A DNA stretch of 64,000 bases from Camelus ferus (lineage: Eukaryota): contig NC_045707.1 in assembly GCF_009834535.1 (NCBI RefSeq), positions 60,700,001 through 60,764,000 of the forward strand, read 5' to 3'. Below are positions 1-12,594 of the stretch, piece after piece. The stretch's first letter is position 1, and each line of letters opens with the position of its first letter. A program made the position numbers and the translations under genes. A model generated the notes under the pieces. It saw only the letters and a list, made by a program, of their open reading frames with translations. It was not told where the DNA came from and searched no databases.

Positions 1-224
1 TGGGGCTCATGTATCTGTGTAAATAATTGGTCAAAATGAAATTCCAAGTAATATAAGCTCTTGTTTCAGACTGAAACTGGAAATTATGTAAACAGATCAT
101 AAGATTGAGCATCATACACTGAAATATTTATGTGCATGACCAGTTATCCTACCTAACTTGGCATGATCGTGATGTGATCATGTGGTTTCTATTGTGTTGT
201 TATTGCATAACATTTACAGGTAAC

Positions 225-540
225 TGTGGATGGATAGGTTAGATATAGAAGAGAATGTCAATGAGGTCAAAGGCCAAGGTCATGGATTGAACTCTTTGAG
301 TGGATAGTTAACTTTTTTCTTGCTTCATAACTATTTCCTTCCTTCACCAGTAGTTCCACCAGATGCATGACATTAGTTACAAGTGACAACATGTTGTTTG
401 ATTTTGAATTTCCCTTTTATGTGAAGACTTTGATGAAGTAGGTTGGTTTAATCTTGGCAAGAGACCACCAATACCAGAAGAAATACAGCTTATGCTCCAT
501 TACCAAAAACTGGTGGTGAATCTGTAACTGTGTTGCTTAT
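225..540 (+). mobile_element. Ancient tRNA-derived SINE (MamSINE1-like), highly diverged
   Basis: tggatgg...aatgagg..ccaaggtcatggattgaactc head, plus downstream blocks resembling the recalled MamSINE1 consensus. Confidence 0.45.
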
Positions 541-1020
541 GAAGGACAGAATTATTAAAGAAAAAGACAGGGAAATTTCTAGCAATAGAATTTGGGCATA
601 TGATGTCCAAAGACTAATAGTGGAACAAAGTACAAACATGCTTTAAGTTACAGCTAAGGATGTGCTTAGGAATGAGGTAATTTTCTAAGTTAAATTGTTA
701 GTGTATAACAGAATTTGAAGACTATAACAGATGTTATGAACAAGTAAGAAAATTAAATTCAAGTTATTTATTCAAATTTACCAGGGAACATTGATAGAGT
801 TAGGCTTAGAACTCAGATTTTATGATTCTAGTCCATATTAGTGCTTTATGTATCTATTTTAAGCATGAAGAATGTTAAATTTCAGAAAATACAAAGATAA
901 GCAAGACTTGTTTTTTGCCAAAATAGAATTTAATTCAGTTAATAAACAGGAACTCAGTGGATTATAGATACGAAATTCTTTGCTGGATATTAAGGTTATA
1001 GTAATGATTAAGCCTTTTTT

Positions 1021-1330
1021 TTGCATTCATGCATTTGTTCATTCACTCAGTGTTTATTGAGTGTCTATCATGTGCCACCCTTTGTTTTAGTCTTAAGAGA
1101 TACAACAGTGAACAAAATAGACAAAGTTCCTACTCCAGTGGAGCTAATATTCCATTGGAAAAAGACAAAAAGCATGCACAGATATATACTGTGTTATGTG
1201 ATGATTGTTGTGATGAAAAATGAAACAAGCTAAGAAGGATAGCAAGTACCAGAATAGGAGATAGGTGTTGCTATTTTCTAGGAAAATCATGGAAGTCTTC
1301 TGACAAAGTGGCTTTTGGATTGAGTTCTAA
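1021..1330 (-). mobile_element. L2 LINE 3' fragment
   Basis: cattcattcactcagtgtttattgag...tgtgcca...gatacaacagtgaacaaaatagac is the antisense L2 3' end. Confidence 0.75.
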
Positions 1331-1789
1331 AGGTACCTTATTAGGCAGAGATAAGAGCCAAGTGTGGAGCTTGCAGGCCTGTTAAGCAAACTGTGGTGGT
1401 TAGGGTGTAAGTGTTGAGGTTTGGGGGAAAAGTGAGTTGAGGGTTCTTTTTACATCCTTAGTCAGGATGATGGAGCTGCAGATCCCTAGGAACATGTGGA
1501 GCTCTGTGGGCTGTCCCCTGTAATTCTACCTGGTAGAAAGATACAGTGATGACACAAATGGAGTATCCATTTGTTATGCCTGGCTAGAATGTAGTATTCC
1601 TTTGTTATGCCTGGCATGAGAGGTCAGGAAAACCCTTACCAAGCATGTGATATTTTTTTCTAGGATTAGAAGAATGAATGTACCAGGAGAGTGACTGGGA
1701 TAGCCTTAAGAGGCTGGAACTCAGGAGAGGTTAAGATGGAAACCTAATTTGAGGAGTTGTCAATGAATAGAGTTCATTAAAAAAAATTT

Positions 1790-1884
1790 AATAGCCACAT
1801 GTAGCTATTGGACACGTGTACCTATTGGACAACACAGATACAGACCGTTTCCATCATTGCAGAAGGTTCTATTTAACAGCACTA
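1790..1884 (-). mobile_element. MER3-like hAT-Charlie fragment
   Basis: tagccacatgtagcta...ttggacaacacagata...tttccatcattgcagaaggttctatt. Confidence 0.7.
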
Positions 1885-4149
1885 TAGTAGGCCATTGTAA
1901 TATTAAGGAAAAGTTACATAATAATTTAATTCTTATTTATTTATGGTAGCAATAGAGAAAATCATATGAGATAACTAATTATGTGTTGTTAAAGAACTGA
2001 TACTAGAAAGTAAGAGTTGGGGAAAGATAACTTCAGCTTGAACTTTGGTAACAGAATTGGCCATTTGAGTTGAGCGTTCAAGGTCAGGGAACTTTTGATC
2101 TGTCAATAGGGAAGCAAAAACAAAGTTAGGAGAACATTACAGATCACTCTGAGCAATAAATTTTAGTAGATGACAACTTAATTTAGATAAGTGAAATTTT
2201 GGAGTTTCAGGGCTATCTCATAGGAAATCAAAACATTTCTATGGAATGAATATTTGGGTCAAATTGCAGAAGATTTAAATATCGGGACTTAGGGCTTATT
2301 TTTTAAAGGATGGGTGCTATCAAATGTTTTTAAGTAGAGAAGCAACATGGCCCAAGTGATAATTTAGGGAATTAGCTTAAATTGGTAAGTTAATCATTCC
2401 CTTCTTGGTCCTTTTTTAGTCTTTGTCTTTTGTTGTACTACTAAGTAATTCTGCCTTATGTCTGTATACCACTTTAACAAAAATCTATAAAGTACACTCA
2501 TGTAAACTGTTTTTAGCCTCACAACAATTTTGGAAAGTTTTAAGGTTTAATAATTGCATATTTGCAGAGGAGAAAATAAACTTCAGAACAGTTAAATGAC
2601 TTGCTAATGATAGGGCTGGCTTGAAGAATGAGTAATATTGGGTGGTTTGGAGATGACTCATCTTAATGTCCAGTGAATTACTATACAGTACACAGAGTCT
2701 TCAATATGTCATCATCTTCTTGGCGGTAAAGACCATGTCTTTATTGTATTTTTGAATTCCAATATTTAGCATACAAGATAAATGAGTGAAGTGAGACTGA
2801 ATGCAAGGACCTCTATTGAAAGGAAGATGCAGAATTTGAGAAATGTGGTTATGTGGATCTGGCCTAGTTGGTATTGAACCAAAGGACTAGATGTGCAATA
2901 GATATTGTCTAGGTAAAGTTAATCAGAATTTAATGACCTGATCAGATAGATGTTGAGGGGAAAAGAGAATCTTAGATGTCTCAAGGGTTTAGATCTGAGT
3001 TATTGAAAGGAAAATTGTACCACTGAAAGAATTGGGCAAATTGGCATGGAAGCTGGTTTCTGAGGGAAGTTACTAAGTGTGATATTTGACATAAAGATGC
3101 TTGTTTAAACAAGCTTAAGCCCTTCCTTTGTTAACAGAATTTTACAATCAGAAGTTAATTTACAATAATGTCTAAACATACAGTTAGCAATGTTTTGGAC
3201 TAAAGCTTTGGAGATGGACAAAGTCTGAAGAAGAAACTTGGAAGTCATCCGAATAAAAGTCATAAATAAGCCTTGAGTATGAATGGAATCTGCAGGAAAG
3301 AGAAGGCAGAGAAAAAACAAGTAGTTGAGGATTGAGCACTGATTAAGGTCACTCACTCACTGAGTGGGAGGAAAAAGTTGAGGTAGGGAACTAGGAGACA
3401 GGAAGTCAGAGCAGTAGTATTTTAGATACTAAGAGGAAAGGGGCTTCCATGGCAAAAAGACTGATGGAATTAAATTCATGCAGGGAGGATAACTGTGAAA
3501 AAGCCCCAGAACGTGCCAGAGAGGACTTCACAGGTTGGCAAATTGACTGATTTCCTGAAGCCTTGGGATTTTTTTTTTTTTTAAAGGTTTAGTTTCCAGT
3601 GTAAACATACTAGTAAACATACCATTGTACCTTTTCTTTCTGGTACTTCTTAAAAGATTAATGTACCACTTAATTCATTTGCTAAACTCTGGGTGCTCTC
3701 TAGATTCAGATTCAGGTACACGAAATTAAATCACGCCTGAGAAAATTTGTCTTTTTTTTAGATCTTGCAATATTCAGGAGTTGCTGAAGTTCAAGAGACA
3801 GTGAGTAATATATGGTGCTCTGTTTGAAATGTGAACATTTTTTGTATTTTGTTTTAGGATTTCAAGTTAGAGTCTTAAAATATATTTTTCACTATACTTA
3901 ATCATGGATGATTATTCCATTATAAAATAGCTAATGCAGATTGAAAAGATCACTTTAAAAATTGTGTTTTTATTTTTTCCAAAAAGTAGATAGGTTTAAT
4001 CTTTTTGACTATAAAAATAATGCATACCAATGTGGCATATTTAAATAATTCAGAAAAATATGATACATATAATTCTACCTTCTAGAGATAACCACTGTTA
4101 TTATTTTGGTGACAGTATTTTCTTTTTCTTTCTTTTTTTTTTAATCATC

Positions 4150-4390
4150 TTTTTTTTTAACATTTTTTATTGATTTATAATCATTTTACAATGTTGTGTC
4201 AAATTCCAGTGTAGAGCACAATTTTTCAGTTATACACGAACATATATATATTCATTGTCACATTTTTTTGTCTGTGAGCTACCGTAAGATCTTGTATATA
4301 TTTCCCTGTGCTATACAGTAGTATAATCTTGTTTATCTATTCTACAATTTTGAAATCCCAGTCTATCCCTTCCCACCCTCTGCCCCAATG
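4150..4390 (-). mobile_element. Young camelid-type L1 3' end
   Basis: Poly(T), then ttttattgatttataatcattttacaatgttgtgtcaaattccagtgtagagcac...tttccctgtgctatacagta...ccttcccaccc. Confidence 0.75.
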
Positions 4391-4513
4391 ACACTATTTT
4401 CTTACCAGCCTGAAGCTTTCCCTGTACAGGTCTGTATGTTCAGTTGCCTACTTGGCATTTCGATTTGGATATCTAACAGGCATTTCAAACTTAAGCTTTC
4501 CCAAACTGAGATA

Positions 4514-4866
4514 TAGTCAACCCTCCATTTGCAAGGGTTCCCATCCACTGATTCAACAAACTGCAGATGGAAAATATTTGGGGAAAAAATTCTAGAAAGT
4601 TTCAAAAAGCAAAACTTGAATTTGCCTCATGCTGGCAACTATTTATATAACATTTACAGTGTATTTAGACTATTTACGTAGTATTTACATTGTATTAGGC
4701 ATTATAAGTAATCTAGAGATGATTTTAAAGTATATGGGAGAATATGCATGGGTTACATACAAATACTATGCCATTTTCTATAAGGGATTTGGGCAGCCCC
4801 AGATTTTGGTATTGCAGAGGAGGCGGGTTTTGGTACCAATCTTCTGTGGATACCAAGGAATGACTG
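4514..4866. mobile_element. MER2B-like TcMar-Tigger element nested in an L2
   Basis: TA-flanked termini (tagtcaaccctcc...gaatgactg) and internal aaaaagcaaaacttgaatttgcc and ttataagtaatctagagatgatt. Carries an internal ~31-nt duplication. Confidence 0.75.
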
Positions 4867-5805
4867 TACTTAATATTTCTCCCTGTAAACTATTTCGTCT
4901 CACTGTCTTTTCTATCTCAGATAATAGCAGTTCTGTTCTTCGAGGTGGTCAGACTCCAACACTTAACATTGTTTGATTCCTTTTTTTCTTTTACCTCATA
5001 CTTGGGCTATTTGGAAATTTTGTTGGCCCTGCCCTCAAAATATATTCAGAACTCAGCTACTTATCTCTCTCACTGCTACCATCTTGGTCCACATCTCCTT
5101 CATCTCTTCCCTAAGCTATTGCAGCAACCTCAAAACTGATTATACCCCTGTCTATCTAGTCTGTTATCAACATAGCAGCCAGAGCAATCCTGTCAAAACG
5201 TAATGGGATATGTTACTCCTTTTCTCAGGGCCATCCTGTGGCTCCGCATCTCATTCAGAATAAAACAAAAGTCCTGAGTGGGTCTTATAAACTCCTACAC
5301 CTGTTTACACCTTTGACTTCATCTCCTGCTGCTCTTCTACTTGCATTGACTCCAGCCTCTCTGGCCTTTTTATTATTCCCCAAAAACTCCAGACTTGCTC
5401 CCATTCCAGTCCTCCACTCACTCTACACTTGCTCCTCCCTTTCCCTAGAATACTCTTCCGTTTTATGTCCTTCTGGTAAGTTCCCTCATTCAGTCAACTT
5501 TATAGTAAGGCCTTCTTAGGCCATCCTACCTAAAACCTTAACTTGCTCGTCCCTAATATTTTATATGTCTTCATTCTCTGCTAATTTCTTCTTAGTATTA
5601 ATACTACACAATATAACACAAACTTTTACGTGTTTATTATGTTACCATTTGTTATTGTTTATCTTCCCCAGTAGAATGTAACTTCCACAAGGGCAGGGTT
5701 TTTGTCTATTTTGTTCACTGCTATATCCTTCAGTGCCTAAAATGATGCCTGTCTATATATAGTAGGTACTCATGAATATTTGGATGGATGGATGGATGGA
5801 TGGGT
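4867..5805 (+). mobile_element. L2 LINE 3' region; continues the piece at ~4400-4513 and ends in (GATG)n
   Basis: acagcagccagagcaatcct..., tagaatgtaacttccacaagggcaggg...ttgttcactgctatatcc...tagtaggtactcatgaatatttggatggatg. Confidence 0.8.
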
Positions 5806-6346
5806 GATAGATCCAATGGTAGGAGTAGACAGCATTTACTTTGATTGTACTTCAGTGCCTCAATTAAAAAAAATACTGGGTTAATCCATTAGAATCAGGT
5901 TTATATGACACAGATATGCTTGAGGATATAATATTGAAAGCATAATTTGAAAGAAATATTCAGAAGTTGCTATATATGCTAAGGATTATTTTCTGGGAGT
6001 AAATATGCAAGGAGAACAGCTGCACAGATGACAGAGCTGTTAATCAACAGAATGGTGAGAATTATATCATACAAAACTGTACAATGAAACTGAACTAAAC
6101 CTTTTATCCTAAAGAGAAGACCAGCTCAATACCTTCAAATATGATTGGCCCTGTAAAATTAAAGACTCCCAGCTATGTATATATGGTTAGAACCACTGCT
6201 CTCCTTTAGGAAATTACAGGTAAATGTAGGGAAACTAATAATTATTCATATCAGTACAGGAAGATTTTTTAGAAGATCTCTAGGGAGCATTTGTAAAATT
6301 TGCTGCAGTTGTGTCTGTCAGTTTCCTAGCTTTCAATTTTGCAATA

Positions 6347-6872
6347 TTATATTAGTTGTATTTATTGGTATATAACAAATCATCCCAAAATTAAATAGTA
6401 CAAAATAACAAACATTTATCATATTATACTTTTCTGTGAGTCAGGAATCTAAGAGCAGCTTTGCCAGATGTCTGGCTCAGAATCTCTCGTGGTTGCAGTC
6501 GAGCTACTGGGGGAGAGAGGCTGCTGCAGTCTCATATGAAAGCTTGACCTGGGGGGAGGGAGGCAGAGAAGGCAGGAGATCCACTTCCAAGCTCACTTAG
6601 GGCTTGTTGACAGACCTCAGTTTCTTTGCCTCATGGGCCTCTCTAAGGCTATGCCATGACGCAGCAGTTGGCTTTCCCCAGGATGATCTAAGAGAGAGTG
6701 AGAGACTGCAAATATGATATAAGTCATAGTCGTGTTAATGACACCCTTTCACCTCTGACATACTCTGTTCATTATAAGTGATTCAGCAAGTCCTGTATAT
6801 GCTCAAGGAGAGTGGATTATACACCAAGAAGGGGGGATTACTGGGGCCATTTTAGAGATTCCTTATCAGACA
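6347..6872 (-). mobile_element. MaLR solo LTR (MLT1F-like)
   Basis: aacaaatcatcccaaaa...acaacaaacatttatc...ctgtgagtcaggaatc...ggctcag...ggggccattttagag. Confidence 0.75.
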
Positions 6873-7439
6873 TACTGTAATCTCTTCCCACTTGCTTGCT
6901 AACTGTAGTAATATGGCCATTTCAGTACTAAGGATTTGAGCACAATTATTTCATTGTCACTAAAGCTGTATTTTTTTAGTTTATCCGGGAGACTGAAATC
7001 AGTTTATAGAAGAATGAGCTTAAATGGGGCAACTACAGAACAATGAATTGAGCAAATCCCTTTAAAGGCATTAGAACATAATTTTAAGCATTGTGAAATA
7101 ACCATCACTTTAGGGAAGCAAAAGGGCCAAGATTTTTTTTTTTCTCCTGGGAGACAACAGAAGTCCAAAGCAAACAACTGCTACCTTTTTTTTTTCCCCT
7201 CTGGTCACAGCCAATTAAGATCTCCCATTCCCTTTATTAATTTTTGAGGTTAACTTTTGCTTTTATTTGCCAGTGTAAAAACTGTAGTGGCTTGCAAACA
7301 TTATTGACCTAAAAAATACATTTTACATCACAATTCAACAAACACACACACACATATATAATATATGTATATAACTGAAACCGAAGTTTTGCTAAAAATG
7401 TCTACCCTGAGTTTTCTTGTTTTTAGAGTTTTCTGTGTG

Positions 7440-7705
7440 TGTGTGTGTAGTTTTAGGTTTACAGCAAAGTTGACAGGAAGGTACAGAAATTATCCATATG
7501 TTCCCTCTCCACACATATGCATAGTCATTATTTTTGTTTACCAGAGTGGTATTTTTTTTTAAACTAAAGATGAACATACTTTGACACATCATAATCACCA
7601 AAGTCCACAGTTCACTTTAGTTTGAACAAAAGTATAATGACATAGATATCCATCATTATAATATCATACAAAGTATTTTCAAGGCTCTAAAAAACTTCTG
7701 CACTC
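7440..7705 (-). mobile_element. L1MC-type 3' UTR fragment
   Basis: tagttttaggtttacagcaaagttga...ggtacaga...catcataatcaccaaagtccacagtt; related to the sense copy at 33575-34030. Confidence 0.7.
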
Positions 7706-8255
7706 CAGGATGGCATATGGAATCTCTTTCTTTTTTCCTTTGAAAAGAGGTTCAAATCCTTCATGTCTATAAGCCCACTCATGGCCCACCCAAGCATGGA
7801 CGGGACAGGCTCTAGGTGGCAAATTCCCCCTCTAAATACTGCGGCTTTTCTTCCAATATTGAGCCCTGTCCCACTGGTCCTGCCCAGCAGCTATGTGGAG
7901 GTAAATAAGACCAAATAGCAATGTGTCGTTAGTGGGAATTTTTTTTTGTTGTTACTTCAGTTCTGATATGTTTGCATACTTGGTATTGGAAATGAAGGAA
8001 AGCTGAGGACTGTTCCTGCCAAGGAAGACCAAAGCATTTGTCCACACTTGCTGTAATGTTGTATATTAAAATAGTTACTAGACAAAAGTCAGCTGTCTTT
8101 TTCCTGTTTATTTTAGTTGATTGCAAGTTATTTATGTAAGAAATGGGTCTTCTGACTTCCTTAAGACCGGTAGCTCCAGATTGTATACTTGATATTTAGT
8201 GGGTCCTAAGAAAGTTTTTTATGACTTAATACAATTTATTGTTGTAATCGTAGTC

Positions 8256-8280
8256 TTTTTTTTTTTTTTTTTTTTTTTTT
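8256..8280 (+). repeat. Poly(T)25 tract
   Basis: Read directly from the sequence. Confidence 0.95.
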
Positions 8281-8879
8281 GCCATTTGAGAAAAAATTTG
8301 TTTCACTTTGCTGGTGTCTGTAAAAGCTCTTTGCATAATGCTTGGCATAATATAAGCACCAAGTAAATATTCCTTTCCTTATGTAGATGGAACACACTGA
8401 ATTTCTATGTAATGTTAAGTGCTTTCACAGCATGCAGTACTAATATTTAATAGTGCATGGGTGTTATATATTTTTAAACAACTTAAATTTTAAGACTAAA
8501 TAACTTTTGTCTGTCCTTTACATTTCTAAATAATTCTTACCACTCCTAACCCATATCTTGAATTATAATTGAAAATAATTTTTGACTTGAGTAATTTTTA
8601 AAACAAAATACTTGAGTGATTTCATTTCTCTTTCCATGTTCATTTTCCAAAATTGAAAAAAAAAATTAGCTAATGCCTAAGCCAAGATCTTTTTAAGTGT
8701 GGAAAAGGAAATTCCTTGCGAATTATGATTATTAGAATTGATATGCATGTGCTTTCTACTTATAAACTAATGCTATTTTCCTTGTCCTTTTGTTTCACTG
8801 CTGCTTCAATCCTGATGCATTTTGCTTCTTCCTGGTTTGGATTGTATTTGTTTGCTGCTCAATTACCCTGCATTAAAAG

Positions 8880-8916
8880 CTTCTTGGTGATAGCAAAGAT
8901 GTCCTTGGGCCATCAA
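8880..8916 (+). CDS. OSBPL8: OSBPL8 37-nt coding exon (LLGDSKDVLGPS-T), part of the ORP8L-specific N-terminus
   Basis: aaaag|CTTCTTGGTGATAGCAAAGATGTCCTTGGGCCATCAA|gtaagt. Translation matches the ORP8L N-terminus; phase 0 to phase 1. Confidence 0.93.
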
Positions 8917-11782
8917 GTAAGTAGCTAAAGTTTGAATGGCATGTTTGGAGACTTGACAGTACTTTGATGTGTAGTTATGAAAGGCACATGGTGTTTCTGT
9001 TTTGATTATTAAGTCTTCTTTTCTTTCTAGGCATTGAAATACAAAGTAAAGAATATAAATGGTCATTCAGTACCCATCTATTGTCAGTGTCCATCTGAGA
9101 TTGATAGTTTATATATTTACATCCTTTATGTCTAAGGATGGGTTATTTAGTTAGCCAGTTATCTAATTCATAATTTAGAAATTCCTAAATTAGGAATTAT
9201 GAATTAATACTTCTTTATTATATCCTTTCTACAATCATCACAAAGCATAGATCCGATTATTTTGAGGCTGGACATGGTACAGCAAATTCACTGCCACGTG
9301 AAAATGAGAAATACTGTTTTATTTTATCAGAATTTTTACATAATAGATCATTTGGTTCTGAAAAAATTTATACTTTGGTGATTTCATAAGTGAAACATGT
9401 TTTATCTTGGGGATTTCGAAGATGAACCCATTAAATTTATGTCAAAAAAAGTATTTTTTGACTAGATACTGTGCTAGCTCTGGGGGATACACGATGAATA
9501 AAACATTTGCCTTGCCCCTAAGGATCATTATAGATTAATAGGGGAGTTAGATCCATGAATAGATATTCAAAGCTTTGTGACAGGTGCAACTTTTGTATTA
9601 AAAGTCATAGAATTACTGAGGTAAAAGAAACTTCAGAGATCATTTAATAAAACATTAATTTTGCAGATGAAGAGCCTGAAGCTTAAGAACTTAAATATCC
9701 AAGGAGTTAGAATTGGTTAGTAGCTCAGCGTGTCATCTTCTGGTTTTAAAAAATCAGAAAGAAACTCTCAATTTACTGAATTCAAGTCAAACCAAATAAT
9801 TAAAATATTATTGCATCATAAATCAAAGATTTTGACTGTCTGTATTCAAGACCAATGTAGAAATTATATTGAATTAGGAAATCTTAGTATTTATTCCTGA
9901 ATAATTGTCTGATTGTTGCAAATCAGTTCACTCCTTTAGGGCTCATTTTTTGTGCTGGCTAAAGCAGGGCGCTGAGCGAGATAATGGCAAAGTGTCTTAT
10001 AGTTGTTCAAAATACTCTAGGTCTAGATCAGTTGCTATTTGTCTCTAATAATGGTTATAGTATGTTTGTAATTTTGTTTTCTAAAAAGAGGGGTAATTTA
10101 AAGTAATATGTTAAAATGCCTTTTTTAGTCTTAATTGTAACAATTCGTAGTATTTTAAATATATTGTTTATTATACATCCAGCATGATTAGAATAGTAGA
10201 AATTGTAAAGGTAGAAAAAGCACATAAATCCCAGCACATTTTTATGTTTTCTTGTTCAGCCTTACTTGTGACATCTGCTAGATATTTTCAGTGGATTTTT
10301 AGTTACTTATAATGAACTTATATATTTAGACGTTAGCTCAGGTGTACTGATTGGGACTGCTGAACTTTACAAATAGAATTGCATTTTTATTATCAATTGA
10401 AGTGGTTCTACTTTAGGAACTGGGTTTTATAAATGAAGATCTTTAATTTCTACTTGGAACAGAAGAAATTTATTGTGGTTAAATATTTTAAGCATATATA
10501 AATTAAGATATACAGCATATATTAAAGATGAATTTATATTGTACTCTGCCAACTATTAAAAGGCTGGGGTTGTATAATTATTTACTGGAGATCATTTATC
10601 TTTTAGAGTGAAAAGTAATTTCATATAGTACTTTAAATTATTTAAGTATTGGAGAAAAGGTATACCATCTGTAAGGGGATATCTAGGATTTACACAGAGA
10701 TTATTTACGACTTTAAAATAATCACTTAACTCCATTTTAACTTTTACTTAAATTAAGGGCAAACACCAGACTTTGAAGCTTGTAAAACTCTCCACATTTT
10801 GTATTGATGAGTTGAATTCAGAAAGTAAAGAATGGTAGTTATAGAATCATAATCTCCTTAGAAGTTAAAGCTGTTATGTTAATTATATTACTGTTAATTA
10901 TTCCAGTGTGATTAGTTTTTACCAAACTTAAAAACAAGATGAGTAGCAAAGTAGGTTACTTTGCTTTGCTGTGCTGTGCTTTCTCTTTGCTTTCCTTTGA
11001 CTACAAGGTAGAACCAGGAGAGGGCACTGTAGTGCTATCTTAAGAAGGCGAGATGGTTGATTTTAGTATCAGAAACAGTTTTGGAATCTTGCAGTGATTC
11101 ATTCCTCAAATATCTCTCGAGGCATTTAGCAAGTATTTATTGTCAGTTTTAGCCAAATAAAAACAAAGTCACTGCCCTTCTGGAGTTTACATGTATATAG
11201 TCTACTGTTGTGAAAATTATTTAGGACATCAAAATGATTTTTATATTATGCAAATTCTCTATTGTCTGTATAGTTAATGTTTGTGAATAGAGTAAGAGAA
11301 AAAAATAGAAAAATAGGCTTTCTGTTTTTTTCTAAGGAAATATACTATATATATATTTTGCTATTTCTACAGCCTCACTTCACGGTTATCAAAATCATAA
11401 ACAGTAATACATCAATCAATAAGGCGTTAGAAAGTGGTGAATAGAACTAAATTTATACTTCTCAGACTATTTCCTTTTTTATGTAGTGAAGGTATTTAAG
11501 ACATAGGTACCTGTGTCTTGCTGATGGAGTACTAAAGCATACTTTAATGTACTAATGTCTTAATGGACTAATGTACTTAAATGTACTAATACTTATGTGG
11601 CATATGTAAATTATAAAGCATAATCATATTGGGAGTACATATTGAACCTACCACTCAACATAGGAACTTGAATCTTACAGATGCCTCGTGTCTGTCTACG
11701 TGCTGCTTGTCTCTCTGTCCCTGTGCCTGCCCCAGAGGGATGATGACTGATTTGTATTTTTTTGTTTATTATGCTTTGCTTT

Positions 11783-11905
11783 TCTCTTGGGGGCAGGGGG
11801 TAGTTATTAGGTTTATTTATTTATTTTAATGGAGGTACTAGGAATTGAACCCAGGACCTCATGCGTACTAAACATGCACTCTACCACTGAGGTATACCCT
11901 GCCCC
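11783..11905 (-). mobile_element. Camelid tRNA-derived SINE (Vic-1-like)
   Basis: attaggtttatttatttattttaatggaggtactaggaattgaacccaggacctc...ctctaccactgaggtataccctgcccc (antisense A/B boxes), flanked by ctttgctttt repeats. Confidence 0.85.
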
Positions 11906-12594
11906 TTGTGTTCTTTGCTTTTTTTAAAATAGATTTTTTTTCATTATTTTTAGGTTACATACATATAAGTAAGGTTTGCTAGGTTTTTAATTTTATAAGA
12001 ATGGTATCATGCTATGTATCATCTTCTAGGGCTTGTTTTTTGTAGTTAACATTTTGTTTCCAAGATTCAGCCATGTTATTGGGTATAGATAGAAACCCTC
12101 CCTTTTTAGTGCTACATACTATTCCATTACATGCAACACCACAATATATTAATCTCTTTTGTTTTCAACTGATGAATATTTAAGTTGTTTTGATTTTTGC
12201 TATTATGAGCAGCATTCCTATGAACATTCTTGTTCTTATCTCTTGGTACACATATATAGTGTATTTCTAGGTATGAAGCTAAGAGTGGAATTTTTGGACC
12301 CATAGGGTATGCTGATATTCAATTTTATAAGATCTGAATTGTTTTTCAAAGTGCTTGTATCAGTTTGTTCTCTACCAGCAATGCTTGAGGTGTCTCACAG
12401 ATCCCATCCTTATCAGAATTTGGTATTATCAGACATACTAATTTTTTTTCAGTTTTACTGAATATGAAATATTTATTTAATTGTGATCTTGATTTATGTT
12501 TTCCTGATTACTAAAGAGGATGAACATCTTTTTGTGCATTTTTTTGCCATTTGCATTTCTTCTTCCATGAACTGTTCATGTTTTCCCTCCACTT

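Noticed and set aside
1557..1615. 31-bp-period tandem duplication (ttgttatgcctggc)
   Set aside because: Only two copies; an ordinary local duplication, not an array.
2078..2086. TCAAGGTCA ERR/NR5A site
   Set aside because: A single 9-mer is expected by chance in 64 kb.
7808..7822. CTCF-like ctaggtggca
   Set aside because: Partial match only, and the surrounding block may be an ancient CR1/L3 remnant.
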